DNA of 64,000 nt from an uncultured delta proteobacterium (GCA_963767925.1 CAVYGB010000002.1:1120001-1184000); one strand, 5' to 3'. Numbered from the stretch's first letter, positions 28,914 through 38,813 are shown. Notes: generated by a model from the letters alone, not told the origin. Numbers and translations are program-made.

Positions 28914-30389
28914 GTCGGGTAGCCCGGGGCAGTTACCCACCCCGGGCCCCCACCGGAACCGGACAAGGAGATTTCCACCATCCGGCTCTTCCGCCGAGAC
29001 GTCTCACGTCAGCTTTGCCCAGAGCTGAACTTTCAGCCGTGGGCGCGGCAGCGGGAATGCTCGAAGAAGGTCCCCGAAGCGCTGCCAGTTCAGGCGCGTG
29101 CGGTTGCTCCGGCGTCGCAGCCACCGGTACCAGATTCTCTCCGCGGCCCTCACGAGCCGGGAAATGCAGGCCAGGTTGCCGTTGACGCCGAAGTAGTTGA
29201 TATGTCCGCTGATGCGCCTGCAGAGCGAGGCGTGCTGCTCCTTGACCGGCTCGTGTCGGTGGCGCCGACAGAAGTCGTTGATGGCTTGCTTGGCCCTCTG
29301 GAGCCTCGCCTTTCGGGTTTTGAAGTTCTGCCCCCAGTGTCCCTTCCGGGTCTTCTGCCACAAGAGCGTGAAACCCAGAAAGTCGAAGCTTCCCGGTCCC
29401 TTGCCTCCATCGTGCCGTGATGACGGCCTTTTGAAGGGCACGAGCCGTGTCTTCTCTGGATGCAGTCGCAGGCCGTTCTCCGCCATCCGCTGTCGCAGCA
29501 TCGCCATCACCATCTCGGCCTCTTCGGGTCGCTCGAAGCCGATGACCAGGTCGTCCGCGTACCTGACGAGGCAGGTTTTGCCTTGCAGCCGCGGCCTGAC
29601 CTGTCGGTCGAGCCACACGTCCAGGACGTGGTGCAGGTAGATGTTGCCCAGCATTGGCGAAAGCACCGACCCTTGTGCCGTACCCACGTCCGGCTCGGTG
29701 TAATCCTCGCCGTCGAGCACTCCCACGTGGAGGCACTTGCCCACGAGTCGCATGAACGACTCGTCGTTCACCCGCAGCCGGAGCATCTCCATCAGCTTTT
29801 TGCGGTCGATGCTGTCGAAGAAGGACTCTATGTCAGCCTCCAGCACCACGTTCACTTCGCCTCGCATGCACGCCGCGTTCAGGGTCCGCAGCGCATCGTG
29901 CGCGCTTCTTCCGGGTCGGAAGCCATACGAGCAGTCCAGAAAGTCCTGTTCGTAGATAGCTCCCAGCACCATCGTCAGCGCGTTTTGCACGACTTTGTCC
30001 TCAATGGTCGAGATGCCGATCGGACGCGTTTTCCCCGGGGCTTTCGGGATGTGCACCCGCCGAATCGGTTGGTGGCGATATCGCACCTCCTTCATCCGCG
30101 TGTGCAGCCCCCGGATGTTGTCATCCAGGTGCGCTCCGTACTGCTCCTTGGTCACCCCATCGACGCCCACCGCCGCATCCTTGCGGATGCGGCCGAACGC
30201 CTCCTTCATCAGCTCCTCGTCCATCAGGTATGCCAGCGCGAGCAACCGGGCTTCGGGTTCCCGTTTCGCTCTCTCCGCTACCTTCATCAGTTTCGGTGAC
30301 AGGTTCGTCGACGTCTTGGCGCCGCTCATGTTCCCCCTCTGAAGTTCGTCTCGACACGGGCCCCCTTTGCTCGGCCGGGTCCGGGTGCA
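28914..30389 (-). mobile_element. group II intron, 5'-truncated (end of DIII plus DIV-DVI retained)
   Basis: DV-like GAGCCGGATGGTGGAAATCTCCTTGTCCGGTTC and DVI ending CTACCCGAC follow the RT stop; only ~60 nt of intron-like sequence precedes the RT start. Confidence 0.8.
29004..30329 (-). CDS. ltrA: group II intron reverse transcriptase/maturase, no endonuclease domain
   Basis: GVDG, RPIGI, SYGFRPGRSAHDA, QGSVLSP, RYADD, FDFLGF, maturase X domain. Confidence 0.95.
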   Translation of the reverse strand: MSGAKTSTNLSPKLMKVAERAKREPEARLLALAYLMDEELMKEAFGRIRKDAAVGVDGVTKEQYGAHLDDNIRGLHTRMKEVRYRHQPIRRVHIPKAPGKTRPIGISTIEDKVVQNALTMVLGAIYEQDFLDCSYGFRPGRSAHDALRTLNAACMRGEVNVVLEADIESFFDSIDRKKLMEMLRLRVNDESFMRLVGKCLHVGVLDGEDYTEPDVGTAQGSVLSPMLGNIYLHHVLDVWLDRQVRPRLQGKTCLVRYADDLVIGFERPEEAEMVMAMLRQRMAENGLRLHPEKTRLVPFKRPSSRHDGGKGPGSFDFLGFTLLWQKTRKGHWGQNFKTRKARLQRAKQAINDFCRRHRHEPVKEQHASLCRRISGHINYFGVNGNLACISRLVRAAERIWYRWLRRRSNRTRLNWQRFGDLLRAFPLPRPRLKVQLWAKLT

Positions 30390-30828
30390 GGCGGGAAGCG
30401 AGTTCGTCGCCAAGGCGGACGACATCGTGGAGCAGCTGCCGCGTGGACGAGCCTACCTGGCGGACCAACTGCAGCGCGCGGCGACCTCGGTGCCGCTCAA
30501 CGTGGCCGAGGGGGCCGGGGAATTCGGCAGGAAGGACAAGGCGCGCTTCTACCGAATGGCACTGCGGTCGGCGACGGAGTGCGCTGCACTACTGGATGTC
30601 TGCCGCAAGGTGAAGCTCAGCGACGAAGCTACGTTGGGGGCAGGACGCGATCTTCTACTGCGCATCGTCTCGATGCTGACGAAGATGGCGAAGTCGCCCA
30701 TGCGTGGGCCCCAGTCCGAAAATCCGGGTCCGGGAACGGGAACGGGAACGGGAACGGGAACGATCGGGAACACGGCGCCGGTGGCCGCGCGACCGCCAGC
30801 GTTGCCGCCTGATGATAGTCCCGGCTAG
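30388..30828 (+). pseudogene. four-helix-bundle (23S rRNA IVP/TIGR02436-like) protein, N-terminus disrupted by intron
   Basis: LADQLQRAATSVPLNVAEGAGE, ALRSATECAALLD, IVSMLTK; usual N-terminal segment missing. Confidence 0.85.
30725..30768. repeat. right inverted repeat, (GGGAAC)5 core
   Basis: Five exact hexamers at 30732-30761; translated as a GTGTGT tail. Confidence 0.9.
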
Positions 30829-30961
30829 CAGCACCGAACGGTCTGACCGCGCCGCGGAGGCCCCCTCCGGGCAGACCGTTCGGTGTTCTCGGAGCGCGTC
30901 GAACGGTGCTCCAGGGCGGCGGGCTTTGCGCCCCATTGAACCTCGTTCATTATAGGCCCCC

Positions 30962-32225
30962 ATGGAGAGCCTGCGGCCGCCCGCCCCGGTCAAACGGATC
31001 CTCGCCGCCCTGACCGCCGCCGGCGCGGTCGCCACCGCCGCGTTGATCACCACCGCCGTCAGGGCCGCCGCGGAAGCTCCCACGGGCGGAGCGACCCCCG
31101 CCGCGGAGCCTCGCGCCGGGGCGACCGCCGCCACCGCGGCCACCGCGCCGCTCGTGCCCCTGCCCCCGCAGCCGCCCGACGTCCCCTGGCCCACCCGGCA
31201 GTGGCCCACCGGTCCCTTGCCCGAAGGCGTCGCCGCCGCCGCCGACCGGGAGCTGGGGGTCGTCGATCGACTCGAATCCCGTCCTGGGCCAGACCCGGGC
31301 GGTGCTGATCGTCCACCGCGGCCGGCTGGTTGTGGAGCGCTACCGGCCCGGGTTCGGACCGGATACGCCCCTCATCTCCTGGTCGGTCGCCAAGTCGATC
31401 ACCCAGGCTCTGGTGGGCATCGGCGTGCGCCAGGGGCTCGTCGACATCGACCGGCCGATGGGCCACCCCCGCTGGGCGGCGGGCGATCGGCGGGCGGCCA
31501 TCCCCTGGCGGCAGTGGATCAACATGATCGACGGGCAGGCCTTCGACGAGATCACCGCCACCAGCCCCACCGAAAACGACTCGGCCCGCATGCTGTTCGG
31601 GGAGGGGCGGCGCGACGTGGCCGCCTTCGGCGCCAGCCTGCCGCTGGTCCACCCGCCCGGCACCCACTGGAACTACAACTCCGCCGGGGTCAACCTGGTC
31701 GCCGATGCCCTCGGCCGGCTGCTGGCCCCCGGCGCCGCCCCCGCCGAGCGCCGCGCCCGCATGCTCCGCTTCATGAAGCAGGAGCTGTTCGACCCGATCG
31801 GCATGACCACGGCGCGCCCGCTGTTCGACGCCGCCGGCACCTTCATGGGCAGCGCCATGTTCTACGCGACCGCCCGCGACTACGCCCGCTTCGGGCTGCT
31901 GTACCTGCGCGACGGCGTCTGGGACGGCCGGCGCCTGCTGCCCGAGGGCTGGGTCGACTTCGCCCGCAGCAGCCCCCCCGTGAAGACGGGATCGCTGGCC
32001 GGGGCGCGCTACGGCGCCGGCTGGTGGGTCGAGCCGCTGGTCCCCACCGGGCGAGGCGGCCCGCCGGATCTGTTCCGGGCCCAGGGCCACGAGGGACAGC
32101 TCATCGTGGTGGTCCCCTCGAAGGACCTGGTCCTCGTGCGCCTCGGCCTGCTCGACGACCGGGTCGGCTTCGCCGCCCTCGGCGACTGGGCCCACCGCCT
32201 CGTCGCCCTCTTCCCGGGCAGCTAG
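30962..32225 (+). CDS. serine hydrolase (beta-lactamase family), apparent +1 frameshift ~31282
   Basis: SWSVAKS, WNYNS, GHEGQ; N-terminal half lies in another frame. Confidence 0.85.
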
Positions 32226-32232
32226 TCTGCCG

Positions 32233-33294
32233 TCAGCGGGAGCTGCGGGGGGAAGGGAGGCGCTGGGCGCGGGCTTTCAGCGCGCGTTCCAGGGCGGCGC
32301 GGCGGTTGGAGGAGAGGGCCTGGTCGGTGGCGAGGGCGGCGAGGCCACGTTCCACCGCCTGGCGGGACTGGGCGGCGGCGCCCGCTTTTTCGTAGGCCTC
32401 GGACAGGTTGTCCCAGGCGTTGGCGGAGGCGGGGAAGCGGCGGGTGATCTCCTCGTAGACGGCGAGCGCGTCGGCGGGCCGCCCGTTGCGGCCCAGGCGG
32501 TCGGCGACCCGGTCGAGCGAGGGCAGGCGCAGGACCGTGGCGGAGGGCCAGCGGGTGCTGGTCTCCTCGAGGAGGGCCCGACCGGCGGGCCAGCCGCTGT
32601 GTCCGATGCGCGCCTCCAGCTCGCCGGCGCTGGGGGGCAGGCCGGCGAAATCGGCGCGGACCGTCCCCTTCTCGCGCGCCACCTCGAACAGCGTCGGATA
32701 GAACTGGGTGAAGGTCTTTTCCACGGCGCCGTGCTCGGCGTGGCACTTGTAGCAGGACGCCGTGGTGGGCAGCGCCGCCGCCGTGCCCCGGGGACCGCGG
32801 CCGTCGATGTGAAAGTCGAAGTAGCCCCAGCCGCCCGGGAAGCGCTTGCTGTCCTTGACCGCCGCCTCGACGGCGACCAGCTCGGTCTGGAAGCGGCCGC
32901 GCGTGACGATCGAGCCCGTCTCCTCGGCGGTGCGGACCTCCAGCACGAACATCGTCGCCTCGGGCCAGACCCCCGTCGCCATGAACCCCCGGTAGGCGTC
33001 GGGCGAGACGTAGACGTTGTCGAGCACGTCCACCCCGCCCGCGGCCGCCACCTGGGCCGCCGGCCCGTAGCTCATCGCGAACCCCGAGGTGAGGTACACC
33101 CAGGTGCGGTAGTCGACCGGCGGCTCCAGCTCGCCCTTCCCGTTGAACCGCGCGCCGGGCGCCGCGGCCGGGGCGGTCACCGCAGCCGCGGGGGCGGCCA
33201 CCGGCGCCCGCGCACACGCCGCGGCGCAGGCCAGCAGGGTCGCCCCGGCCAGGGCGGCCGAGCGTCTCCGGAAGGGCTTCGGGTCGGGCTTCAT
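32233..33294 (-). CDS. cytochrome P460-family protein with C-terminal TPR
   Basis: DYRTW, VKDSKRF.GGWGYF, CYKCH, FTQFYP; SANAWDNLSEAY TPR. Confidence 0.8.
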   Translation of the reverse strand: MKPDPKPFRRRSAALAGATLLACAAACARAPVAAPAAAVTAPAAAPGARFNGKGELEPPVDYRTWVYLTSGFAMSYGPAAQVAAAGGVDVLDNVYVSPDAYRGFMATGVWPEATMFVLEVRTAEETGSIVTRGRFQTELVAVEAAVKDSKRFPGGWGYFDFHIDGRGPRGTAAALPTTASCYKCHAEHGAVEKTFTQFYPTLFEVAREKGTVRADFAGLPPSAGELEARIGHSGWPAGRALLEETSTRWPSATVLRLPSLDRVADRLGRNGRPADALAVYEEITRRFPASANAWDNLSEAYEKAGAAAQSRQAVERGLAALATDQALSSNRRAALERALKARAQRLPSPRSSR

Positions 33295-33372
33295 GGTCGC
33301 CAGCATGCCCTGTCGTCGAAGGGACGTCTTGTAAGAATCAAACCAAGGCCCGGCGCGGGTATCCTGCGGCCG

Positions 33373-33798
33373 ATGGCCCGCCTGACCCTCGCGCTGCCCG
33401 AGACCTTCGCCTTCACCACCGAGATCGGCGTCCGCATCACCGACCTCAACTACGGCCGCCACCTCGGCAACGATGCCCTGCTGGGCCTCATTCACGAGGC
33501 GCGCGTGCGTTTCCTGCACGCCCACGGCCTGCAGGAGCTGGACGTGGAGGGCCACGCCCTCATCATGGTCGACGCCGCCGTCGTCTACCGGGCGGAGGCC
33601 TTCGCCGGGGACCGCCTGAGCTTCGCGGTGGCCGCCGCCGGCTCGGGGCGCGTCGGCTGCGACATCTTTTACCGGGTCACCCGCCCCGCCGACCAGCGGC
33701 TGATCGCCGAGGCCAAGACCGGCGTCGTCTTCCTCGATCCGGCGACGCGCAAAGTGGTGCGCCTGCCCGCGGCAATGCGTCGGCTCGCCGGTCCGTGA
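33373..33798 (+). CDS. acyl-CoA thioesterase (4HBT/hotdog fold)
   Basis: VRITDLNYGRHLGN, HEARVRFL. Confidence 0.88.
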   Translation: MARLTLALPETFAFTTEIGVRITDLNYGRHLGNDALLGLIHEARVRFLHAHGLQELDVEGHALIMVDAAVVYRAEAFAGDRLSFAVAAAGSGRVGCDIFYRVTRPADQRLIAEAKTGVVFLDPATRKVVRLPAAMRRLAGP

Positions 33799-33829
33799 AC
33801 GCCCCCCGCAGAGCGTGGTAAGAGGAATC

Positions 33830-34639
33830 ATGCCGCCGGAGTCCGACGACAAGCGCCCACGGCTCGCCTACCACGACACCTTCTTCCTCGACAGCGACGA
33901 CGGCCGGCCGCTGCGCATCCTGGCCGAATACCTCGAGCCGCTGCACCGCTTCCGCCGCGAGCGCATCCAGGACACCGTCGTGTTCTTCGGGTCGGCCCGC
34001 ATCCAGGAGGAGGGCCCCCTCGGCCGCTATTACAAGGAGGCGCGCGAGCTGGCCCGCCGGCTGACCGAGTGGTCCCGCGGCCTGTCGGACTGCTGCCAGT
34101 TCGTCGTCTGCTCGGGCGGCGGCCCCGGCATCATGGAGGCAGCCAACCGCGGCGCCGCCGACGCCGGCGGCCGCTCGATCGGGCTCAACATCGGCCTGCC
34201 CCACGAGCAGCGCCCCAACCCCTACGTCACCTCGGAGCTGAGCCTCGAGTTTCACTACTTCTTCATGCGCAAGCTCTGGTTCTCCCACCTGGCGCGCGCG
34301 CTGGTGGTCTTCCCGGGCGGCTTCGGCACCATGGACGAGCTGTTCGAGATGTTGACCCTCACCCAGACCCGCAAGCTCGAGCGCGACATCCCCATCTTGC
34401 TCTACGGGTCGGAGTTCTGGAACGAGGTGATCAACCTCCCCGCCCTGGTCCGCCACGGCCTCATCTCCCCCGAGGACCTGAAGCTGTTCGAGCTGGTCGA
34501 CGATCCCGAGACCGCGCTGGCCCGGCTGCAGGCCCGCCTGCCCACCGAGCCCGAGCGCACCTTGCCCGCCTTCGCCCACTCGCGCACCACCGGCCAGGCC
34601 ATCGCCGAGCAGAGCACCACCCCCGGAAGCGGCACCTGA
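33830..34639 (+). CDS. LOG family protein (TIGR00730-like)
   Basis: GGGPGIMEAANRGA, FHYFFMRK, PGGFGTMDELFE. Confidence 0.92.
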   Translation: MPPESDDKRPRLAYHDTFFLDSDDGRPLRILAEYLEPLHRFRRERIQDTVVFFGSARIQEEGPLGRYYKEARELARRLTEWSRGLSDCCQFVVCSGGGPGIMEAANRGAADAGGRSIGLNIGLPHEQRPNPYVTSELSLEFHYFFMRKLWFSHLARALVVFPGGFGTMDELFEMLTLTQTRKLERDIPILLYGSEFWNEVINLPALVRHGLISPEDLKLFELVDDPETALARLQARLPTEPERTLPAFAHSRTTGQAIAEQSTTPGSGT

Positions 34640-34653
34640 CGGAGGTCTTCGCC

Positions 34654-34971
34654 ATGCCGAGACGCAAGCGCCTGCTGATCACCCTGGGAATCACCGCCGG
34701 CCTGCTCGTGGTGGCGGCCGGCGCCGCCTGGCGCCTGCTCCGCGTCTCCGCCCTGGTGGACATCGGCGTGGGCTACTCGGCCCAGCTCACCTGCGCCTGC
34801 CTGTTCATCAGCCAGCGCCCCCTGCCGAGCTGCAAGCTCGACCTCAATCCCCTGGCCCGCTGGCTGATCTCGATCGACCCCGGCCCCAGCGCGGTCACCG
34901 CCCGCTCCCTGGGCGTCGCCCGCGCCACCGCCCACTTCGACCAGACCTACGGCTGCACCATCGCCCCCTGA
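34654..34971 (+). CDS. small membrane-anchored Cys-containing protein
   Basis: GGAGG RBS, TM helix, GYSAQLTCACLFISQR, YGCT. Confidence 0.7.
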   Translation: MPRRKRLLITLGITAGLLVVAAGAAWRLLRVSALVDIGVGYSAQLTCACLFISQRPLPSCKLDLNPLARWLISIDPGPSAVTARSLGVARATAHFDQTYGCTIAP

Positions 34972-35063
34972 GGGCTTTCCTCGCGCTGCGCGCGCTCACC
35001 TCCGCGAACTGTTGCGCCGGCGGGGGGAGGTGTTGCCTCCGCGCCGCCGGCCGGGCATCCGCG

Positions 35064-35897
35064 TCAGTCGATCCGCCGCGCGTCGAGAGCGGGCGTTGGC
35101 CAGCGGCCATCGGTCGAGCGACCCGCGTCGAACTGCCACCACCCGCGACCGTCGAGCCGGCGGACGTCGGGAGCGCCGCCGTCGCGGGGACGTGCGTCGA
35201 ACGTGAGGCGCGCGTCGAGCGGAGCGCCGGCGTCGCGAGACGGATGGGCGTCGCGGGGGCGCGCGTCAGCATGCGGCACGGGCCTCGGATCGGGCTCGGG
35301 CACCTCGGTGCCGTCTTCCAGACAGCGGGCCGCCGCAGCGAACCGGGTGTTGCCGCAACCGTCGGGCAGGAACTCGCCGAACTGCACCGCCCGCAGCCCG
35401 CTGCAGTAGATCCCGCAGGCGTCCTGCCCGCGCGACGCGATCAGGCTGCCGGTGCGCGGGTCGTAGACGCAGGTCTCCGCGTGCTCGCGGTGCCGCCACT
35501 CCGCCACCAGGCAGGTCGGCCCCTGGCGCACGTTCCAGTAGCTGCCAGCCGGGAGCTGGCTACAGGTGAGGCGGTTGCCGAGATCCTCGATCCGCAGCGG
35601 GCAGGCGATGCCCTCCTCGGCCCGCGACACGCGGCAGTAGCGCGCGTCCCGGGGATCGCAGACCAGGTAGCCGCCCGGGTCGCTGCCCGGCCGCCGCTCG
35701 TCGACGCCGGGAGGCCGCGGCTGGGTTGCCGCCCCCTGGTTGAGGAGAGACGCGTCGGACGTCGCACCACTCAGCGACGAGGAGCTGGGCTCCTCCTCGG
35801 GCGGCGCGCAGCCCGACCAGGCAGGCAGCGCGGCAGACAAGATAACCAGCAGGGCAACGACATTCCGATCCTGGTTTGGCACCGAGAAACCTCCCAT
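35064..35897 (-). CDS. Cys-rich hypothetical lipoprotein
   Basis: WSGC lipobox, many Cys; start uncertain. Confidence 0.55.
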   Translation of the reverse strand: MGGFSVPNQDRNVVALLVILSAALPAWSGCAPPEEEPSSSSLSGATSDASLLNQGAATQPRPPGVDERRPGSDPGGYLVCDPRDARYCRVSRAEEGIACPLRIEDLGNRLTCSQLPAGSYWNVRQGPTCLVAEWRHREHAETCVYDPRTGSLIASRGQDACGIYCSGLRAVQFGEFLPDGCGNTRFAAAARCLEDGTEVPEPDPRPVPHADARPRDAHPSRDAGAPLDARLTFDARPRDGGAPDVRRLDGRGWWQFDAGRSTDGRWPTPALDARRID

Positions 35898-36026
35898 CGA
35901 GCCAGGCTCGAGGCGCGGGTGAAGGGGACAGCCCCTTCGTCGAGCAACGCCCGTGCCGTCGCAAGAACCCCGCGGCAGGGTGGGAGCTGCCTCGTCGCTG
36001 CCGGCGCGCGCACCAGGCCGCCGGCG

Positions 36027-36542
36027 TCAGGCGTCGACGAGCTCGAGCGGACCCAGGAAGTCGCGCTTGCCGAGCTCGACCCCGCCGTGGCGGAGCAGGT
36101 CGTAGGCCGTCGTCAGGTGAAAGTAGAAGTTGGGGATCTGCCGGGAGAACAGGTACTCGTCGGCAGTCAGCGCCTTGCCGGCCGGGCTTTGCAGCTTGAC
36201 CAGCGTCTGGGGCGTCGTGCGCTCGAAGTCCGCCGCCGTGACGGTCTCGAGGTAGGCCAGGCACCTGGCGATGCGGCCGCGCAGCTCGGCCAGCGTCGTC
36301 TCGTTGTCCTCGTGGCGGGGGGCTTCTTTGCCCGAGAGGTTCGCCGCCGCGGCCTTCGCCGTGTCACAGGCGATCCGGATCTGGGCGAGCAAGGGCAACA
36401 TGTCCGGGAACAACCGCATGGTGCAGAAGGTGCTGGGATCGAACTTGCGCGCCTCCGCGTGTTTGATCGCCTTGTCGAGGACCGCGTCCATGGTCTTGAG
36501 CGAACGTTCGAACTGCCGGACTGCCAGGTTGTAGTGCTGCAC
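36027..36542 (-). CDS. DUF1993 family protein
   Basis: RLFPDMLPL, PNFYFHLTTAYDLLRH.GVELGKRDF; GGGAGG RBS. Confidence 0.9.
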   Translation of the reverse strand: MQHYNLAVRQFERSLKTMDAVLDKAIKHAEARKFDPSTFCTMRLFPDMLPLLAQIRIACDTAKAAAANLSGKEAPRHEDNETTLAELRGRIARCLAYLETVTAADFERTTPQTLVKLQSPAGKALTADEYLFSRQIPNFYFHLTTAYDLLRHGGVELGKRDFLGPLELVDA

Positions 36543-36760
36543 GGTCGACCTCCCGATTTTCACATCCCGTCGGCGGAGAAGAGGCCGGGCATATACCCCA
36601 CGCCCCCGACCCCAGCAAGGCAGCAGCATCGGGTGCGCCTCGACGGGCCCGCCGCCGATCCGGCAGCACCGACAGGCGGCTACCCCGGGCCCTCATTCAG
36701 CGGCGCCCGGAAGAGGGAGCCGCCCGTGACGACCGGCCGGGAGCGTGACAAGGTGGGGAG

Positions 36761-37684
36761 ATGAGCGTCCAGCCCTGGCCCGCGCTGACCCTCGGCGAAT
36801 GGGAGCCGACCTACCTGACCTTGCACCGCTTTACCCAGATGGTCGGCAAGGTCCGCCTTCGCCACGCCCCCTGGATGAACCACTGGTGGCACATCCCCCT
36901 CTACGTGACCTCGCAGGGGCTGACGACGTCGTCCATGCCCTGCGACGGCCGCGCCCTCACCCTGACCTTCGACTTCTGCGCCCACCGCCTGGTCGCCCAC
37001 ACCAACGATCGCCCCGGCGGCTCCTTCCCCCTCGAGCCGATGTCCGTCGCCGACTTCTACCAGCGCCTGCAAGCCCTGCTCGCCCCCCTGGAGATCGACG
37101 CGCGCATCTGGCCCGTCCCCGTCGAAGTCGCCGACACGACCCCCTTCCCGGAGGACCGCCACCACGCCGCCTACGACCGCGAGCAGGTGCAGAAGCTGCA
37201 CCGGATCCTGCTCGACATCGACACCGTGTTCAGCACCCACCGCGGCCGCTTCCTCGGCAAGAGCAGCCCCGTCCACTTCTTCTGGGGCGCCTTCGACCTG
37301 GCCGTCACCCGCTTCTCCGGCCGCCCCAACCCCACGCCCCCCGACAACAAGATCATGAAGGAGGCCTACTCCCACGAGGTGATCAGCCACGGCTTCTGGC
37401 CCGGCGGCGACTGGCCCGTCGGCGGCCGCGTCGAAGAAGCCATCTTCTACGCCTACGCCTCCCCCGAGCCCCCCGGCTTCCGCCAGGCCCCCGTCACCCC
37501 ACCCCAGGCCCGCTACGACGAAAAGCTGGGCGAGTTCATCCTCCCCTACACCGCCGTCCGCCAATCCCCCGACCCCGCCGCCACCCTCCTCTCCTTCATG
37601 GAGTCGACCTACCTCGCCGGCGCCAGAGCCGCCAACTGGGACATCCCCGCCCTCCAGCACCCCCACGCCAGCGCGCTGAAGTAG
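36761..37684 (+). CDS. DUF5996 family protein
   Basis: TLHRFTQMVGK, NHWWH, SPVHFFWGAFDLAVTRFSG, EAYSHE. Confidence 0.85.
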   Translation: MSVQPWPALTLGEWEPTYLTLHRFTQMVGKVRLRHAPWMNHWWHIPLYVTSQGLTTSSMPCDGRALTLTFDFCAHRLVAHTNDRPGGSFPLEPMSVADFYQRLQALLAPLEIDARIWPVPVEVADTTPFPEDRHHAAYDREQVQKLHRILLDIDTVFSTHRGRFLGKSSPVHFFWGAFDLAVTRFSGRPNPTPPDNKIMKEAYSHEVISHGFWPGGDWPVGGRVEEAIFYAYASPEPPGFRQAPVTPPQARYDEKLGEFILPYTAVRQSPDPAATLLSFMESTYLAGARAANWDIPALQHPHASALK

Positions 37685-37749
37685 GGGCGGCGGGCGTTGT
37701 CGCCGGGCGGCCTCGGCAATCACAGCCGAGCACGCGCTACGCACGCACG

Positions 37750-37991
37750 GACCCCTGACCCTCCCTCTCCGGGCTGCCGCGGGGAGAGGGCGAAGGATCA
37801 GCCGGATGTCCCGACCCCCTTCCCGAGTGGAAGATCGACGGCCGCTTCTCCGCGATCTCCGCCCCGTTGCCTGTTCGCCTCCGCCCCCGTGCCAGCGGGG
37901 ACAAAGGCCGCTTCCTCACCGATCTCCGCGCCCCGTTATCCGTTCGCCTTCGCCCCGCGTCTGCCGCGGGGAGAGGGTGGGGTGAGGGGTC
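37750..37991. repeat. REP/MITE-like element, copy 2 (degenerate)
   Basis: GACCCCTGACCCTCCCTCTCC...GGGGAGAGGGTGGGGTGAGGGGTC ends with a degenerate internal duplication. Confidence 0.7.
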
Positions 37992-38021
37992 TCGGGTCGC
38001 TCAGTCAAACTCAGTCGGTCT

Positions 38022-38390
38022 TCAGGGCACGGCCGGCGCGTCGCTCAGCGCGAGGTTGAGGACCTGGCTCTTGACGACCTTGTCGCACCGGTCGGCGTTC
38101 GAGAGCGCCGAGAGCGGCACGACCTTCCGCGCGGTCTTGCCCGGGGCGACGTCCTGACAGACCTTCTTCGCCTCCGCGATCGTCCCGTTGGCGCAATCGA
38201 ACCGCAGGTCCCAGCAGGCCGAGATCCCCCGGCCCCCCTCGGTGTGCCGAACGTCGCAGTTGATCTGCCCGCTCGCCCCCAAACAATCCACCGTCGCCTT
38301 CCCCCCCGGCCCCCCCTCCCCGCCCACCTTGCAACCAACCACCAGACACACCAGCCCCAGCATCGGCCCCAAGCACGTTCGCAAGATCAT
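38022..38390 (-). CDS. small Cys-rich lipoprotein
   Basis: LVVGC lipobox, six further Cys. Confidence 0.65.
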   Translation of the reverse strand: MILRTCLGPMLGLVCLVVGCKVGGEGGPGGKATVDCLGASGQINCDVRHTEGGRGISACWDLRFDCANGTIAEAKKVCQDVAPGKTARKVVPLSALSNADRCDKVVKSQVLNLALSDAPAVP

Positions 38391-38518
38391 GAGTCTCCCT
38401 CCGGGCGATCGCGCCCCAGGTCCGATCGCGCTTCTACCTCCCAGAAGACGCATGGGGTAAATTTTCTTGGTCCCAGCCGGCGCGACGGGCGGCCCGTCGA
38501 GCCCGCAAGGTGGCGTCT

Positions 38519-38540
38519 GACTAGTTTGAAGACTAGTCTT
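38519..38540. promoter_or_regulatory. palindromic operator of the TA operon
   Basis: GACTAGT-N6-ACTAGTC and nested AAGACTAGTCTT just before the antitoxin ATG. Confidence 0.65.
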
Positions 38541-38545
38541 CCAGG

Positions 38546-38806
38546 ATGCCGAGAAGATGGCAGCTCCAGGACGCCAAGGCTCGCTTCAGCGAGTTCCTGG
38601 AGGCCAGCCTCAAGGAAGGACCGCAGGTCGTCACGAAGCGGGGGGTAGACGCCGCCGTCCTGGTACCCATCGACGACTGGCGACGTCTCGAGCAGGCGGC
38701 CCGCCCTAGTCTGAAAGACTTGCTCCTGGCAGCCGACCCTCGCACGGACCTCGTCGTGCCCCCACGCGGCCGACGTCGGCGGCGATCGCCGCCCACCCTG
38801 GGTTGA
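38546..38806 (+). CDS. Phd/YefM antitoxin
   Basis: WQLQDAKARFSE, GPQVVTKRG. Confidence 0.92.
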   Translation: MPRRWQLQDAKARFSEFLEASLKEGPQVVTKRGVDAAVLVPIDDWRRLEQAARPSLKDLLLAADPRTDLVVPPRGRRRRRSPPTLG

Positions 38807-38813
38807 TCCGCGC

